Source: an uncultured Spirochaetaceae bacterium (GTDB lineage Bacteria; Myxococcota_A; UBA9160; UBA4427). Taken from it: a DNA stretch of 64,000 bases. Within the stretch, counting starts at the first letter, position 1. Each line of letters begins with the position of its first letter. The notes below the pieces were generated by a model that had not been told where the DNA came from, made no database searches, and saw only the letters and a list, made by a program, of their open reading frames with translations. Both the position numbers and the translations under genes were made by a program. Below, piece after piece: positions 63,936 through 64,000 of the stretch. The stretch covers positions 11,728 to 75,727 of the forward strand of contig CAZETS010000013.1 of NCBI GenBank assembly GCA_964515335.1, in the 5' to 3' direction.

Positions 63936-64000
63936 TTGAAGTTTCTGATCCGCGACGACGACACCTGTGCGGCCACGCAGCCGCAGGAGCTGGAGGCCTG
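63936..64000 (+). CDS. Possible 5' end of a gene running off the right edge
   Basis: TTG at 63936 gives (M)KFLIRDDDTCAATQPQELEA. Only 21 codons are visible, so no family call is supported. Confidence 0.25.
   Translation, partial: MKFLIRDDDTCAATQPQELEA

Overview
The window is a very GC-rich (about 70% judged by eye, not computed), gene-dense bacterial chromosomal segment. I support about 58 protein-coding genes and one decayed pseudogene. I saw no rRNA, tRNA, CRISPR array, IS element, integrase or prophage signature.

Because of the GC content, the six-frame track contains many long Arg/Ala/Pro/Gly-rich shadow ORFs (for example 890..3823, 16518..19667, 50503..54525). I ignored these, or trimmed them to the part with real protein-like sequence. 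Family calls come from motif recognition in the translated ORFs; no database search was possible.

Gene content, left to right:
- A small redox/kinase cluster: YkgJ-like protein, double glutaredoxin-like protein, DUF455, and an APH/EcKL-type kinase.
- A SoxD/SoxC-like sulfite dehydrogenase pair.
- An AmmeMemoRadiSam locus with a fused Memo-AMMECR1 protein and a translationally coupled [2Fe-2S] ferredoxin.
- A three-subunit molybdenum hydroxylase followed by a MoaD/ThiS-like protein ending in GG.
- Acyl-CoA metabolism genes: two family III CoA-transferases, two adjacent acyl-CoA dehydrogenases, an acyl-CoA synthetase, an esterase, and an APH-like kinase.
- A sigma-54-wired operon of two tandem 2TM-type histidine kinases, an NtrC-type activator and PspA.
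- A DUF3127 OB-fold protein with an SSB-like acidic C-terminal tip.
- Ribosomal protein genes rpmB, rpsN and a Cys-less L31, located outside the canonical operons.
- valS and aroB.
- A TetR/sulfotransferase pair separated by a striking AT-rich island.
- LOG and histidine-phosphatase genes.
- A TPR protein with two cNMP-binding domains.
- A lipoprotein / beta-barrel / M48 protease cluster, plus a second M48 paralog.
- An octaheme cytochrome c fused to TPR repeats.
- A heavily deleted PQQ-dehydrogenase remnant.
- A glycan-biosynthesis island of visibly lower GC: flippase, NeuD-type acetyltransferase, a Cys-less AsnB-like protein, a GT4 glycosyltransferase and a DegT aminotransferase.

The best system-level candidate is 19.06-24.1 kb. 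A near-consensus sigma-54 promoter with an upstream palindrome precedes HK-HK-bEBP-pspA, which suggests a Lia-like envelope-stress circuit built on sigma-54 logic. The second candidate is the AmmeMemoRadiSam locus with its fusion, ferredoxin and lipoprotein-type FkbM methyltransferase. All functional interpretations are inference and need searches or experiments.
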